Positions 40,186 to 49,263 of a stretch of 64,000 bases of DNA are shown in pieces. How positions within the stretch are numbered: position 1 is the stretch's first letter; every line of letters starts with the position of its first letter. The stretch spans positions 56,677 to 120,676 of the forward strand of contig CAVRWJ010000001.1 in assembly GCA_963724915.1 (NCBI GenBank), given 5' to 3'. The position numbers and the translations under genes were made by a program. This stretch comes from an uncultured bacterium. GTDB lineage: Bacteria; Actinomycetota; Thermoleophilia; Solirubrobacterales; 70-9. The notes below the pieces were generated by a model. The model was given only the letters and a program-made list of their open reading frames with translations. It did no database searches and was not told the DNA's origin.

Positions 40186-40730
40186 ACCCGGTCGCCGCGA
40201 TCGCGCACGTGCTGGCGGTCGTCGCCGGCATCTGGGGTGGCCTCTGGCTGATGGAGCGGGTGGCGCCCGACCTGCCCGACCCCGGCGCCGAGCCGGGCAT
40301 CGCCGCCACCGCGCCGGAGGAGCTCGCCGGCGACGCGGAGGAGTCCCTGTTTCGTCAGGCGCCGCTGTACTGGGCGCTCCAGCAGCTCTCCGACCAGCTT
40401 GCGGCGGACCAGCAGGGTGTGCGGCTCCGGGTCGAGCCGGGCACGCTCAACCTGGAGAGCCGCGAGGCGCAGGACGGCCTGATCGACGTGGACGAGATCC
40501 CGGCGAGCGCGCCGGAATGGATCGTGACCCAGATCGCCGAGGAGCGCCCGCGCGTGACGCTCGCGCAGGTGCGGTACATGGATCTGGTGGCGACGGAGGA
40601 CGGCCCCCGCTGGTACGTGCAGCTCGTCACCGACGATCCGGGCCTGACGCCGCCGTGGACCTACACCGCGGACCTCGAGGGCGACCTGCTCGAGACCGGC
40701 GGCCCCGAGCCGGTGGCGCTGCCCGAATAG
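40182..40730 (+). CDS. membrane-anchored hypothetical protein, translationally coupled to the SHOCT gene (GTGA overlap)
   Basis: GTG at 40182 inside track ORF 38568-40730. TM segment AAIAHVLAVVAGIWGGLWLM. No family recognised. Confidence 0.45.
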   Translation: MNPVAAIAHVLAVVAGIWGGLWLMERVAPDLPDPGAEPGIAATAPEELAGDAEESLFRQAPLYWALQQLSDQLAADQQGVRLRVEPGTLNLESREAQDGLIDVDEIPASAPEWIVTQIAEERPRVTLAQVRYMDLVATEDGPRWYVQLVTDDPGLTPPWTYTADLEGDLLETGGPEPVALPE

Positions 40731-40758
40731 GCCCGGTGCCACTCCTAGACTGACCCGC

Positions 40759-41532
40759 GTGGTCGATACGCACGCCCATCTCGGCCTCTGCGAGGACGAC
40801 CCCGACGCGATCGTCGCCCGTGCCGCGGCCGCGGGCGTCGAGCGGATCCTCACCGTGGGACTCGACGAGGCGTCGAACGAGGACGCGATCGGGCTCGCGC
40901 GCGAGCACGAGGCGGTGTTCGCCTGCGTCGGACGCCATCCGAACTCGGCGGGCGGCTTCGACACCGGAGCCGAGGACGCATTACGCGCGCTGGCCGCGGA
41001 CGAGGCGGTGGCCGCGATCGGCGAGACGGGCCTCGACTTCTACCGCGACGGCGCCCCGCGCGCGGACCAGCTCGATGCGTTCCGGGCGCAGATCGGGATC
41101 GCCCGCGACGTCGCGAAGCCGCTCGTGATCCACATGCGCTCTGGCGCGGGCCCCGAGGACGACGCCGTCGAGCAGACGCTGGAGGTGCTGGCGGCGGACG
41201 CCGAGGGGGTCGCGGTGATCCTCCACTGCTTCTCGGCTCCGCCGGAGCGCGTGGCGGACGCGGTCGCCCACGGGTGGTACTGCTCGTTCGCCGGGAACGT
41301 GACCTATCCGAAGGCGGCCGAGTTGCGCGAGGCGGCGCGCCTCGTCCCCGACGACCTGATCCTCGTCGAGACCGACGCGCCGTTCCTGGCGCCGCAGTCG
41401 CGGCGCGGGAGGCCGAACGAGCCCGGGCTCGTCGTCGAGACCGCGCGCGAGGTCGCGGCGGCGCGGGGTGTGTCGGAGGAGGACTTCGAGCGAACGGTGA
41501 GCGCGAACGCGAGGCGCGTCTTCCGATGGTGA
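40759..41532 (+). CDS. tatD: TatD-family metal-dependent hydrolase/DNase
   Basis: MVDTHAHLG...AIGETGLDFYR...PLVIHMR...ILHCFS...ETDAPFLAP. Confidence 0.9.
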   Translation: MVDTHAHLGLCEDDPDAIVARAAAAGVERILTVGLDEASNEDAIGLAREHEAVFACVGRHPNSAGGFDTGAEDALRALAADEAVAAIGETGLDFYRDGAPRADQLDAFRAQIGIARDVAKPLVIHMRSGAGPEDDAVEQTLEVLAADAEGVAVILHCFSAPPERVADAVAHGWYCSFAGNVTYPKAAELREAARLVPDDLILVETDAPFLAPQSRRGRPNEPGLVVETAREVAAARGVSEEDFERTVSANARRVFRW

Positions 41533-42287
41533 GGCTCGGTCAGAACTTCCTGGCGGACACGAACCTGCTCGACGCGATCGTGCGCGAGGCCGGCGTCGGG
41601 CCGGACGACGCGGTGCTCGAGGTGGGCGGCGGGGAGGGTGTCCTGAGCGAGCGGCTGGCACCGATCGTCTCTGTGCTCCACGTCGTCGAGCTCGACGAGC
41701 GCCTGCGACCCGGCCTCGAGGAGCTGGCCGCGCGCGAGCCCTCCGTCAGGCTCGTTTTCGGCGATGCGATGAAGGTGGACCTCGCCGGGCTCGCGCCGGC
41801 GCCGAACGCGGTGGTCTCGAATCTGCCGTACTCGATCGCGACCCCGCTGCTCCTGCGGACGATCGCCGAGCTCCCGGGCCTCGAGCGCTGGACGGTGATG
41901 GTCCAGCGCGAGATCGCCGACCGCCTGCGGGCCGTTCCTCGCACGAAGGCGTACGGCGCGCCGAGCGTGCTAGCCCAGCTCGCGTGCCGAGTCGAGATGC
42001 TGCGAACCGTCGATCCGGCGGTGTTCCGGCCGCGCCCGCGCGTGGAGTCGGCGCTGCTGCGCCTGGAGCGGGTGGCGCCGTGGCCCGGCGAGGACGTCGT
42101 GCGCCTGGTCCGCGCGGCGTTTGCGCACCGCCGCAAGGCGCTCGCGCGCTCGGTGGGGATCGCCGGGGTCGTCTCGCGCGAGCGCGCGCTGGAGGCGCTG
42201 GAGGCGGCCGGGCTGTCTTCCAGGGCGCGGGCCGAGGAGTTGGCCCCTGCCGACTTCGTGCGTCTGGCGGAGGAGCTGGGCGGCTGA
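41526..42287 (+). CDS. rsmA: 16S rRNA (adenine1518/1519-N6)-dimethyltransferase
   Basis: LGQNFLADTNLLDAIV...VLEVGGGEGVLS...VVSNLPYSIATPLL...PGAFRPRPRVES-type motifs (PAVFRPRPRVESALL). Confidence 0.9.
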   Translation: MVRLGQNFLADTNLLDAIVREAGVGPDDAVLEVGGGEGVLSERLAPIVSVLHVVELDERLRPGLEELAAREPSVRLVFGDAMKVDLAGLAPAPNAVVSNLPYSIATPLLLRTIAELPGLERWTVMVQREIADRLRAVPRTKAYGAPSVLAQLACRVEMLRTVDPAVFRPRPRVESALLRLERVAPWPGEDVVRLVRAAFAHRRKALARSVGIAGVVSRERALEALEAAGLSSRARAEELAPADFVRLAEELGG

Positions 42288-43124
42288 TGATCGTCCGGGC
42301 GCCGGCCAAGCTCAACCTGTGCCTGTACCTGGGGCCGACGCGGCCCGACGGCCTGCATGAGCTTCGCTCGCTCTTCTGCCCGCTGATGCTGGCGGACCGG
42401 ATCGAGGTGGGGTCGGATGAGGTGGACGAGGTGCGTCTGCGCGGGGGTCGAGGGCCCGAACCTCGCGGCGCGCGCTCTCGCCGCGCTGCGCGAGCGCGGC
42501 TGGGATGGTCCTCCCCTCAGGATCGAGATCGAGAAGCGGATCCCGGTCGCGGCGGGGCTCGGTGGCGGCAGTGCCGATGCCGCGGCGGTGCTGCGCCTCG
42601 CGCAGGGCCAGGTGGATGGGCTGGAGGAGCTGGCGGCGGGAATCGGCGCCGACGTCACCTCGCAACTCGATCCGCGGTTCGCCCTGGTGGGCGGGGCCGG
42701 GGAGCGGGTGGAGCCGCTGCCGGCGCCGGGCGAGTTCGGCGTGGTGCTGGTCCCGGCCGAGGACGGCCTGCTGGCGGGGGACGTCTACGCGGAGGCCGAC
42801 CGGCTGGGGCTTGCGCGGCCGGGCGCCGAGCTGGAGGAGCTTGGCGAGCGGATCCGGGGCGCTGCGCGCGAGGGGGCCTCGCCGCTCGAGTACGCGGATC
42901 TGCTGGTCAACGACCTGCAGGAGGCGGCGACCTCGCTGCAGCCGGAGGTGGGGGAGGCGCTGGCGGCGCTCGAGGACGTCGGCGCCGAGGTCGTCATGGT
43001 CGCCGGCTCGGGGCCGACGGCGCTGGGCCTGTTCGAGGACATCGTCGCGGCCGACCGCGCGGCGGGCCAGCTGCCGCCGCGGTTCGCGAGCGCGATCGTC
43101 TCGGCTCCCGCGAGGCCGGCGTGA
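42287..43124 (+). pseudogene. ispE: 4-diphosphocytidyl-2-C-methyl-D-erythritol kinase (one frameshift near 42437)
   Basis: MIVRAPAKLNLCLYLGPTRPDGLHELRSLF, then after the shift GPNLAARALAAL...KRIPVAAGLGGGSADAAAVL...MVAGSGPT. Length is 3n+1. Confidence 0.85.
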
Positions 43125-43137
43125 GATCGTCCCGCCG

Positions 43138-44616
43138 ATGAGGAAGGTGTGGGGAGCGCTCCGCGAGCACCCGGTGGTGCTGGTCGTCGCGCTGCTCGCG
43201 CTGGCCTACGTTCTGTTCGGGGACGAGCTGCCGAGCATCGACGCCGAGCAGGCGCTCGACGACCTGGCGGACGGCCTCGGGCAGTGGACCTACCTGCTGG
43301 TGAGCGTCCTCGCGTTCCTGGAGACGGGCGCGTTCGTGGGCCTCGTGTTCCCGGGCGAGACCGCGGTGATCATCGCCGGCGCGATCGCGGGCCAGGGGGA
43401 GACGTCGATCGTGATCACGATCGCGCTGGTGTGGTTCTCGGCGTGGGCCGGGGACTCGGTCTCGTTCTACATCGGCACGCGCCTCGGCCGCGAGTTCATC
43501 CTGCGCCACGGCCACCGCGTCCGGATCACCCCCGAGCGGTTCGCACAGGTTGAGGACTACTTCAGCCGCCACGGTGGCAAGACGATCCTGGTCGGCCGCT
43601 TCCTGGGCCTCGTCCGGGCGCTGGCGCCGTTCATCGCGGGCAGCTCCGGGATGCGCTACCGGGCGTTCCTCCCGTACAGCGTGCTCGGCACCGGCCTGTG
43701 GGCGGCGACGTTCTCGCTGCTCGGCTACTTCCTGGCCGAGAACATCCACCTTGCCGAGGACCTCGCGAGCCGGGGGATCTTCGTCTTCGGCACCGTGGTG
43801 GCCGTCGTCGTGGGAACGATCCTCGCGGTGCGGTACCTGCGGGTGCCCGAGAACCGGGTGAAGGCGGTCGCACGGATCGAGGCGAACCGCTTCGGGGCGC
43901 CGGTGGTCGCCGCGGGCCGGCGCTTCCGGCCGCAGGCGCGGTTCCTGTGGCAGCGGGTGACGCCGGGCAACCTCGGGCTCGAGTTCACGAGCGCGATGGC
44001 GGTGCTGGCGGTTGCGCTCTTCATCGTCGTCGGCTACGGGGTGATCGTCGGCGACGACCCGGGGCCCACCCGGGGCGACGAGACGGCGTTCGACATCGCG
44101 GCCGACCTCCGCAGCGACTGGTTCACCGACGTGAACGAGGCGGTGACCGCGCTCGGCTCGGCGCCGATGACGCTCGCCGTCGCGCTGATCGCGGCGGCGG
44201 CGCTGGGCATGGGCCGGCGCTGGCCGGAGCTGGCGGTGCTGCTCGCGGCGGTGGCGCTGACCCACATCGCGGTGCCGGTGCTGAAGGAGGTGCTGGACCG
44301 CCCGCGGCCGGACGGGGCGCTCGTGGGTGCGGAGGGCGCATCGTGGCCGAGCGGCCACGCGGCGTACGCGATCATCTATCCCTGGTTGGCGCTGACGGCA
44401 GTGATGCGGTTGCGCCCCGGGTTGACCCACGGGATGGTGCTCGTGGTCGCCGGAGCGCTGCTGGCGGCAGCGATCGGGCTCTCGCGCGTCTACCTGCGGG
44501 TGCACTACCTGAGCGACGTGAACGCCGGTGCCGCGCTGGGCGTTGCGATGTTCGCCCTGTGCGCGGGCGTCGCGCTCGTCGTCGTCCACTTTCGTGACAA
44601 TGTGGCCCGTCCATGA
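43138..44616 (+). CDS. DedA-family / PAP2 phosphatase fusion membrane protein
   Basis: ATG at 43138 inside track ORF 42505-44616. DedA part: LETGAFVGLVFPGETAVI...GDSVSFYIGTRLG...GGKTILVGRFLGLVRA. PAP2 part: KEVLDRPRP...SWPSGHAA...SRVYLRVHYLSDV. Confidence 0.8.
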   Translation: MRKVWGALREHPVVLVVALLALAYVLFGDELPSIDAEQALDDLADGLGQWTYLLVSVLAFLETGAFVGLVFPGETAVIIAGAIAGQGETSIVITIALVWFSAWAGDSVSFYIGTRLGREFILRHGHRVRITPERFAQVEDYFSRHGGKTILVGRFLGLVRALAPFIAGSSGMRYRAFLPYSVLGTGLWAATFSLLGYFLAENIHLAEDLASRGIFVFGTVVAVVVGTILAVRYLRVPENRVKAVARIEANRFGAPVVAAGRRFRPQARFLWQRVTPGNLGLEFTSAMAVLAVALFIVVGYGVIVGDDPGPTRGDETAFDIAADLRSDWFTDVNEAVTALGSAPMTLAVALIAAAALGMGRRWPELAVLLAAVALTHIAVPVLKEVLDRPRPDGALVGAEGASWPSGHAAYAIIYPWLALTAVMRLRPGLTHGMVLVVAGALLAAAIGLSRVYLRVHYLSDVNAGAALGVAMFALCAGVALVVVHFRDNVARP

Positions 44617-44855
44617 GCGTTGTCGCCGACATCGGGCCGGCGCATTTCCTGTTCGGCGGGGCCGCCCTGCTGAGCCTGCTGGCCTTCACCGCGCTGATCC
44701 TCGTCCCGTCGCTGAGCTCGTTCGGGCGCGGCTGGGAGAAGGTGACGGCGGCGGTGCTGTCGCTGTTCGTCCTTGTCGCGCTGATCGCCCTGGGCTTCGG
44801 CCTGGGCGTGATCATCGTCTACTACTGGAGCGACATCAGCGGCTGGTTCGGCTAG
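44613..44855 (+). CDS. small 2-TM membrane protein (ATGA overlap with the DedA-PAP2 gene)
   Basis: 80-aa ORF with two hydrophobic helices. No family recognised. Confidence 0.45.
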   Translation: MSVVADIGPAHFLFGGAALLSLLAFTALILVPSLSSFGRGWEKVTAAVLSLFVLVALIALGFGLGVIIVYYWSDISGWFG

Positions 44856-44873
44856 CCGCGGGAGCGGCGGCGG

Positions 44874-45479
44874 ATGCTGTTTCGGAAGCGGTTCTGGGCG
44901 GGGATCGAGGACGGCTCCGTGACGGTCGCGTTCCGGCGCTGGGAGGGCTCGCGGGTGGTCGCCGGACGGCAGCGGCGGACGCCGGTGGGGATCGTCGACG
45001 TGCTCTCGGTCGACGAGGTGGACGTGGCGGCGATCGACGAGGCGGACGCGCGCCGCGCCGGCTACGAGGACCTGGGGGCGCTGCTGCGCGCCCTGGGCGC
45101 GGACGACGGACGACCGGTGTTCCGGATCGAGTTCCGGCGCGCGGCCGGCCCCGACCCGCGGTCGCGGCTGGCGGCCGATACTGACCTTGACGACGCCGGC
45201 GTCGCCGAGATCGACGCGCGGCTGGAGCGCCTGGATCGTGCCTCCCGGCGCGGTCCGTGGACGATGCAGGCGCTGGCGCTGATTGCGGCGAGGCCGGAGG
45301 TCAGGGCGGAGGATCTGGCCGCTTCGGTGGGGCGCTCGAAGCCGCCGTTCAAGCTCGACGTTCGTAAGCTGAAGAACCTGGGCCTCACCGAGAGCCTCCC
45401 TGTCGGCTACCGGCTCTCGCCGCGCGGTCAGGCGTACCTGAAACGAACGCGAAGGCCTGCTGCCAGAATTCCCGGGTGA
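44874..45479 (+). CDS. ASCH (PUA-like) domain plus winged-helix protein
   Basis: MLFRKRFWAGIEDGSVTVAFRRW...IDEADARRAGYEDL (ASCH pattern). The C-terminus LALIAARPEVRAEDLAASVGRSKPPFKLDVRKLKNLGLTES is wHTH-like. Confidence 0.6.
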   Translation: MLFRKRFWAGIEDGSVTVAFRRWEGSRVVAGRQRRTPVGIVDVLSVDEVDVAAIDEADARRAGYEDLGALLRALGADDGRPVFRIEFRRAAGPDPRSRLAADTDLDDAGVAEIDARLERLDRASRRGPWTMQALALIAARPEVRAEDLAASVGRSKPPFKLDVRKLKNLGLTESLPVGYRLSPRGQAYLKRTRRPAARIPG

Positions 45480-46711
45480 CTTCGAAGGCGAAGACCGGTT
45501 CCGAGACCGATCCCGGCACGCTCGAGGCGCTCTCGGAAGCGATCGAGTCGGGCGCCGGCCTGCCCGCGGTGACCCGCGCCGCCGCTGAGGTGCTGGGTGC
45601 CAGCGTCGCCCTGATCGACCGCTCGAGCGTCGTGCTCGCCGTGGCGGCCGCCTCGCCCAACGAGGAGGGGAAGCTGCTCGCCGATGACGACAGCGTCGAG
45701 TCGATCGACCTGCGGGTCGCCGACACGGTGGTCGGAGAGCTGCGGTTTCGCCCGCGCGGCGACGCGTCCTCGCCAGCGCCCGTGGCGCGCATGGTCTCGG
45801 CGCTCCTGGCGCTGGAGGTCGAGCGCTCGCGCTCGGGCGATTGGGCCAGCGACGAGGCGGCAGGGGAGTTCGTGCGCTCGGTGCTCGAGCGCCACATCAC
45901 GGATCGCCGCGACATCGCGGCGCGGGCCTCCGAGGTCGGGGTGGAGGTCGCCGCGGGCGCGGGCGTGGTGATGGCGCGGGCGCATCCGCAGGTCGCCCAG
46001 GACGGTGACTGGCGCGCTCGCGTGCTGACCGTCGCCCTGAGGGTCCTGAGGACGCAGGCGCAGGGCACGGTGGCCGTGATCGGCGACGGCGATGTGGCGG
46101 AGGTGAGCGCGATCGTCCCCGCCGCGGAGGAGGGCGTGCTGGCCCGCGCCGCGAAGGCGCTGGAGCAGGAGCTCCGCGCGTCCCTCACCGGGTTCACCGT
46201 GACCGTCTCGCAGAGCCGGCGCACCGAGGAGCCGGTGGATCTCTACCGGGCGGGCAAGGAGGCGCTCCTGGCGGTGAACGTCGCCGAGGCCGACGGGCTT
46301 CCGACGCTAGCGTTCGAAGACACGGGCGCCTACCGCCTGCTGCTGCCCGCGATGAGCGAGGACCCGGGCGAGCTGGAGCGCTTCTACGAGGAGACGGTGG
46401 CGCCGCTCGCGGCCTACGACGAGCAGTACGAGACCGAGTTGGTCGCGACCGTCGAGGCCTTCCTCGACAACGATGGCAACGTCACGCCGACCGCCGAGAC
46501 GATGTTCACCCACCGCCACACGATCCGCTACCGGCTGGAGCGCGTGAAGGAGCTGTCGGGCCACGACATGTCGTCCACCGAGGGCCGTGAGAAGCTGAGC
46601 CTCGGCCTCAAGTCGATGCGCGTGCTTGGCATCGCCGCCCCACGCGGCCCCGCCCTCGAGCCGGGCGCCGAGAGCGGCAAGGTCCGCAAGCCGAAGGGCG
46701 CGAAGGAGTAA
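45476..46711 (+). CDS. PucR-family transcriptional regulator
   Basis: The C-terminal region ...TVEAFLDNDGNVTPTAETMFTHRHTIRYRLERVKELSGHDM is a PucR C-terminal HTH. The GTG start overlaps the ASCH gene stop (GTGA). Confidence 0.8.
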   Translation: MTSKAKTGSETDPGTLEALSEAIESGAGLPAVTRAAAEVLGASVALIDRSSVVLAVAAASPNEEGKLLADDDSVESIDLRVADTVVGELRFRPRGDASSPAPVARMVSALLALEVERSRSGDWASDEAAGEFVRSVLERHITDRRDIAARASEVGVEVAAGAGVVMARAHPQVAQDGDWRARVLTVALRVLRTQAQGTVAVIGDGDVAEVSAIVPAAEEGVLARAAKALEQELRASLTGFTVTVSQSRRTEEPVDLYRAGKEALLAVNVAEADGLPTLAFEDTGAYRLLLPAMSEDPGELERFYEETVAPLAAYDEQYETELVATVEAFLDNDGNVTPTAETMFTHRHTIRYRLERVKELSGHDMSSTEGREKLSLGLKSMRVLGIAAPRGPALEPGAESGKVRKPKGAKE

Positions 46712-46715
46712 GGCT

Positions 46716-47705
46716 TCAGGCCGCTTCGCGGCCACGCCGGCGGTTGGGCCACGTGCGCCGGGGAATCTCGACCACCTCGGCGTCACGGCCCTCGGCGAGC
46801 GCGCGCTCGCGCTCGTATGCGCGGACCCACTTACGGACCGCGTTGTCGGAAACGCCGTACTTCCGACCAACGGCTAGGTAACCGAGCTCGTCGATCTCCG
46901 CGAGGAGCTGCTCGTGCGGCGGCCGCTCCACCTTCCGCGTGCTTGGCACCGGTTGACCCAGCTTTCGTCGCCATCTCGTCCCGCATGCGCGCGAGCAATA
47001 GCGTTGAGTCGGCGCTCGCGGCATGAACTCGTCGCCACATCTGAGGCATTCGCGGGGCTCGACTGGCAACCGGTTGCGCCGGCCGCAGTGCGTGTCAAGC
47101 GTCGCAGCGCAGTTCGGGCAGAGAATCCTCAAGTTCTCGAGCCGGTTGTCATCACGAACCCCGTTCACGTGGTCGAGGATCAGTCCCATCTGCTTGCCAT
47201 GCCACGACTCGCCCTGCCCACACATCTCGCACCGTCGCTCCTTCAGCCCGGCCTCGTAGAGCCGCGGCTTCAGGTTGCTGCGGCTGTATGTCGAGCCCTG
47301 AACGAGAATCTCGGCGAGCGGCTTCGGCTCTCGCCGAATCCCCCGGAGTTGAGCCGCGCGCGAGTCGAAGTGGTCTGCCGAGATCCCCCACTCGGCGGCC
47401 CGCCTCTTCAGTGTTTGCGGGTTCGCGCCGGTGTGGCAGTAGCCGAGTTTCCGTAGCGACTCGGCCCACGATTGGGAACTGCCAATTGCCGCCCTCGCCT
47501 CCGCCTCGGTGTAGCAAACGCGGCGCGTCCCGTGGCTCGGGAGATGATCCAGGCCGATCGTCCAGCGCTCAGCCCATTTCCGGATCGTCCGAATGTTCTT
47601 GCCGTGGTACGCGTAGCCGAGCACGTCCAACACCTCCACCCACGAACTCGCGTTGCGGATCGCGGCTTCAGCTTGAGAGCGGGTGTAGTGGGGTCGCCAC
47701 GGCAC
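46716..47705 (-). CDS. HNH endonuclease with two N-terminal ~50-aa repeats and a C-terminal Zn-ribbon/HTH region
   Basis: LILDHVNGVRDDNRLENLRILCPNC (HNH). Repeats SWVEVLDVLGYAYHGKNIRTIRKWAERWTIGLDHL and SWAESLRKLGYCHTGANPQTLKRRAAEWGISADHF. C-terminal CLRCGDEF...RYCSRAC and VGRKYGVSDNAVRKWV. Visibly lower GC than the flanking genes. Confidence 0.8.
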   Translation of the reverse strand: MPWRPHYTRSQAEAAIRNASSWVEVLDVLGYAYHGKNIRTIRKWAERWTIGLDHLPSHGTRRVCYTEAEARAAIGSSQSWAESLRKLGYCHTGANPQTLKRRAAEWGISADHFDSRAAQLRGIRREPKPLAEILVQGSTYSRSNLKPRLYEAGLKERRCEMCGQGESWHGKQMGLILDHVNGVRDDNRLENLRILCPNCAATLDTHCGRRNRLPVEPRECLRCGDEFMPRAPTQRYCSRACGTRWRRKLGQPVPSTRKVERPPHEQLLAEIDELGYLAVGRKYGVSDNAVRKWVRAYERERALAEGRDAEVVEIPRRTWPNRRRGREAA

Positions 47706-47718
47706 GAACCTATGTTCG
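47705..47718. promoter_or_regulatory. candidate LexA (SOS/Cheo) box CGAACCTATGTTCG
   Basis: Perfect CGAAC-N4-GTTCG palindrome directly abutting (1-nt overlap) the GTG start of the HNH gene. Confidence 0.5.
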
Positions 47719-47787
47719 CAAGACGGACGGACGGAAAACCGCTTCCCAAAGCGACGCGCGGCCAGGTTGCTTGACTCGAACCTCTAG

Positions 47788-47858
47788 CTGGGGAGCCCGG
47801 ACTTGAACCGGGATACCTGACACCAAAAATCAGTGGCTTGCCGTTAGCCGACTCCCCA
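47788..47858 (-). tRNA. tRNA-Gln (anticodon UUG), no encoded CCA
   Basis: Hand-folded cloverleaf: TGGGGAG-TC-GGCT-AACGGCA-AGCC-A-CTGAT-TTTTGGT-GTCAG-GTAT-CCCGG-TTCAAGT-CCGGG-CTCCCCA-G. U1-A72 and the overall pattern match bacterial tRNA-Gln. Confidence 0.85.
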
Positions 47859-47895
47859 ATTCCCGTCCAGTGTAGGTCCGATCGGCCGCATCGCT

Positions 47896-49263
47896 CTACA
47901 GCGGCGGGATGTTCTGGTTGCGGCGGAGGACGTTGTCCGGGTCGTAGCGGGTCTTCAGCGCGCGGAGGCGATCGAACGTCTCGGCGCCGAAGGCCGCGCG
48001 GACGCGCTCGATCGGCTCGTCCGCCTGCATGTAGTTGACGTAGCCGCCACCCGCAAGCGACCAGGGCTCGAGCGCCGCCGCGGTCCCGCGCGCCCAGGCG
48101 ATGTGGTCGTCGTCCGCCGCCGGGTCGCTCCAGTCGCCCATCGCGCTGATGTTGAAGTTCGCCTCGCGGAAAGCCACGGCAGCGGTGCCCGGGTCGACCT
48201 CCTTGGCTGCGCCGTGGAGCGACTCGATCAGGATCCCTCCCGGGGGCCGGCCGAGCGCGCCAAGGCGCTCGAGCACGATGTCGATCAGCTCGTCCGGAAG
48301 CTCGCGGACAAAGTGCCCCTTCCAATACGCGCGGTCGATGCCGTAGGTGGGGCTGAACGCATGCTGCTGCTCGATGTACGAATGCCGGCGCAGGGCGTCG
48401 AGGAGCACGCCCGGCAGCTCTCTGAACTCCTCCACCGCCTCCGGCATCCGGCCCTCGCCCGTGTAGCACGGCGCGACGATCACCATCGGCTGCATCCCCT
48501 CGCTCATGCCGAGAACCGCGCCGCAGCTCAGATCCGCAGGCGCACTCGCCGCCAGGTCGCGGAAGCGACGCAGTGCGTCGCGCACGCCGTCCGCGCCGGC
48601 GACCACGAGCTTGCCGCCGACCACCCGCTCGACCGGGTGCAGCCGGAACTCGAGGCGCGTGGCGACGCCGAAGTTGCCGCCCCCGCCGCGGAGCCCCCAC
48701 AGGAGCTCCTCGTCGCCGTCGGCTCCCGCGCGCACCACCTCGCCGGCCGGCGTCACCACGTCGGCGCCGACGAGGTTGTCGCAGGTCAGCGCGTGCTGGG
48801 CCGTCAGGTGGCCGATGCCGCCGCCGAACGTCAGCCCCGCCACGCCGGTCGTCCCGACGACCCCGCCGGGCGTGACCAGCCCGTGCCGCTGGGTAGCGGT
48901 GTCGAAATCAAGCCACGTCGCGCCGCCCTCCGACCGCGCGATCCGCCTCTCGCCGTCCACCTCGACCCCGTTCATCAACGTCAGGTCGATAACCAGCCCG
49001 CCGTCACAGACGCAGTGCCCAGCCGGGTTGTGACCACCGCCCCTCACCGCCACCTCCAAGCTCTGCGACCGCGCGAAGTCGAACGCGGTGGCGACGTCGG
49101 CGGGGCGCAGGCAGCGGACGATCACGGCCGGGCGCCGGTCGATCAACGCGTTGAAGCAGACGCGGGCGCGCTCGTAGGCAATGTCCTCGGGCGTGAGCAC
49201 GGCGCCGGCCACCGAGCCCCGCAGCTCGCTCACGCTGGCGTCCACTCCCGCGCTTACGGACAC
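47896..49263 (-). CDS. FAD-binding oxidoreductase (PCMH-type FAD domain plus berberine-bridge-like C-terminus)
   Basis: Intact 455-aa ORF: VAVRGGGHNPAG, GGATWLDFD, GVVGTTGVAGLTFGGGIG, WGLRGGGGNFGV, YVNYM...LRALKTRYDPDNVLRRNQNIPP. Confidence 0.85.
   Translation of the reverse strand: MSVSAGVDASVSELRGSVAGAVLTPEDIAYERARVCFNALIDRRPAVIVRCLRPADVATAFDFARSQSLEVAVRGGGHNPAGHCVCDGGLVIDLTLMNGVEVDGERRIARSEGGATWLDFDTATQRHGLVTPGGVVGTTGVAGLTFGGGIGHLTAQHALTCDNLVGADVVTPAGEVVRAGADGDEELLWGLRGGGGNFGVATRLEFRLHPVERVVGGKLVVAGADGVRDALRRFRDLAASAPADLSCGAVLGMSEGMQPMVIVAPCYTGEGRMPEAVEEFRELPGVLLDALRRHSYIEQQHAFSPTYGIDRAYWKGHFVRELPDELIDIVLERLGALGRPPGGILIESLHGAAKEVDPGTAAVAFREANFNISAMGDWSDPAADDDHIAWARGTAAALEPWSLAGGGYVNYMQADEPIERVRAAFGAETFDRLRALKTRYDPDNVLRRNQNIPPL

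Noticed and set aside
46716-47705. IscB/HEARO (OMEGA) type RNA-guided HNH nuclease
   Set aside because: The protein has no RuvC segments or PLMP domain, is only 329 aa, and has no long structured non-coding flank. It fits the simple HTH-repeat HNH endonucleases instead.
47730-47741. 12-nt match (GACGGAAAACCG) to the left arm of the 47-nt palindrome at 17779-17790, suggesting a third copy
   Set aside because: The palindromic core (CCGGACA-CTA-TGTCCGG) is absent and the flanks do not align. It could be a relic, but the evidence is too thin.
46712-47895. Genomic island or prophage integrated at tRNA-Gln
   Set aside because: Only one gene (HNH) is involved. There is no integrase or recombinase, and I could find no direct repeat of the tRNA 3' end. 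The HNH stop is only 4 nt from the PucR gene stop. At most this is a single-gene insertion.
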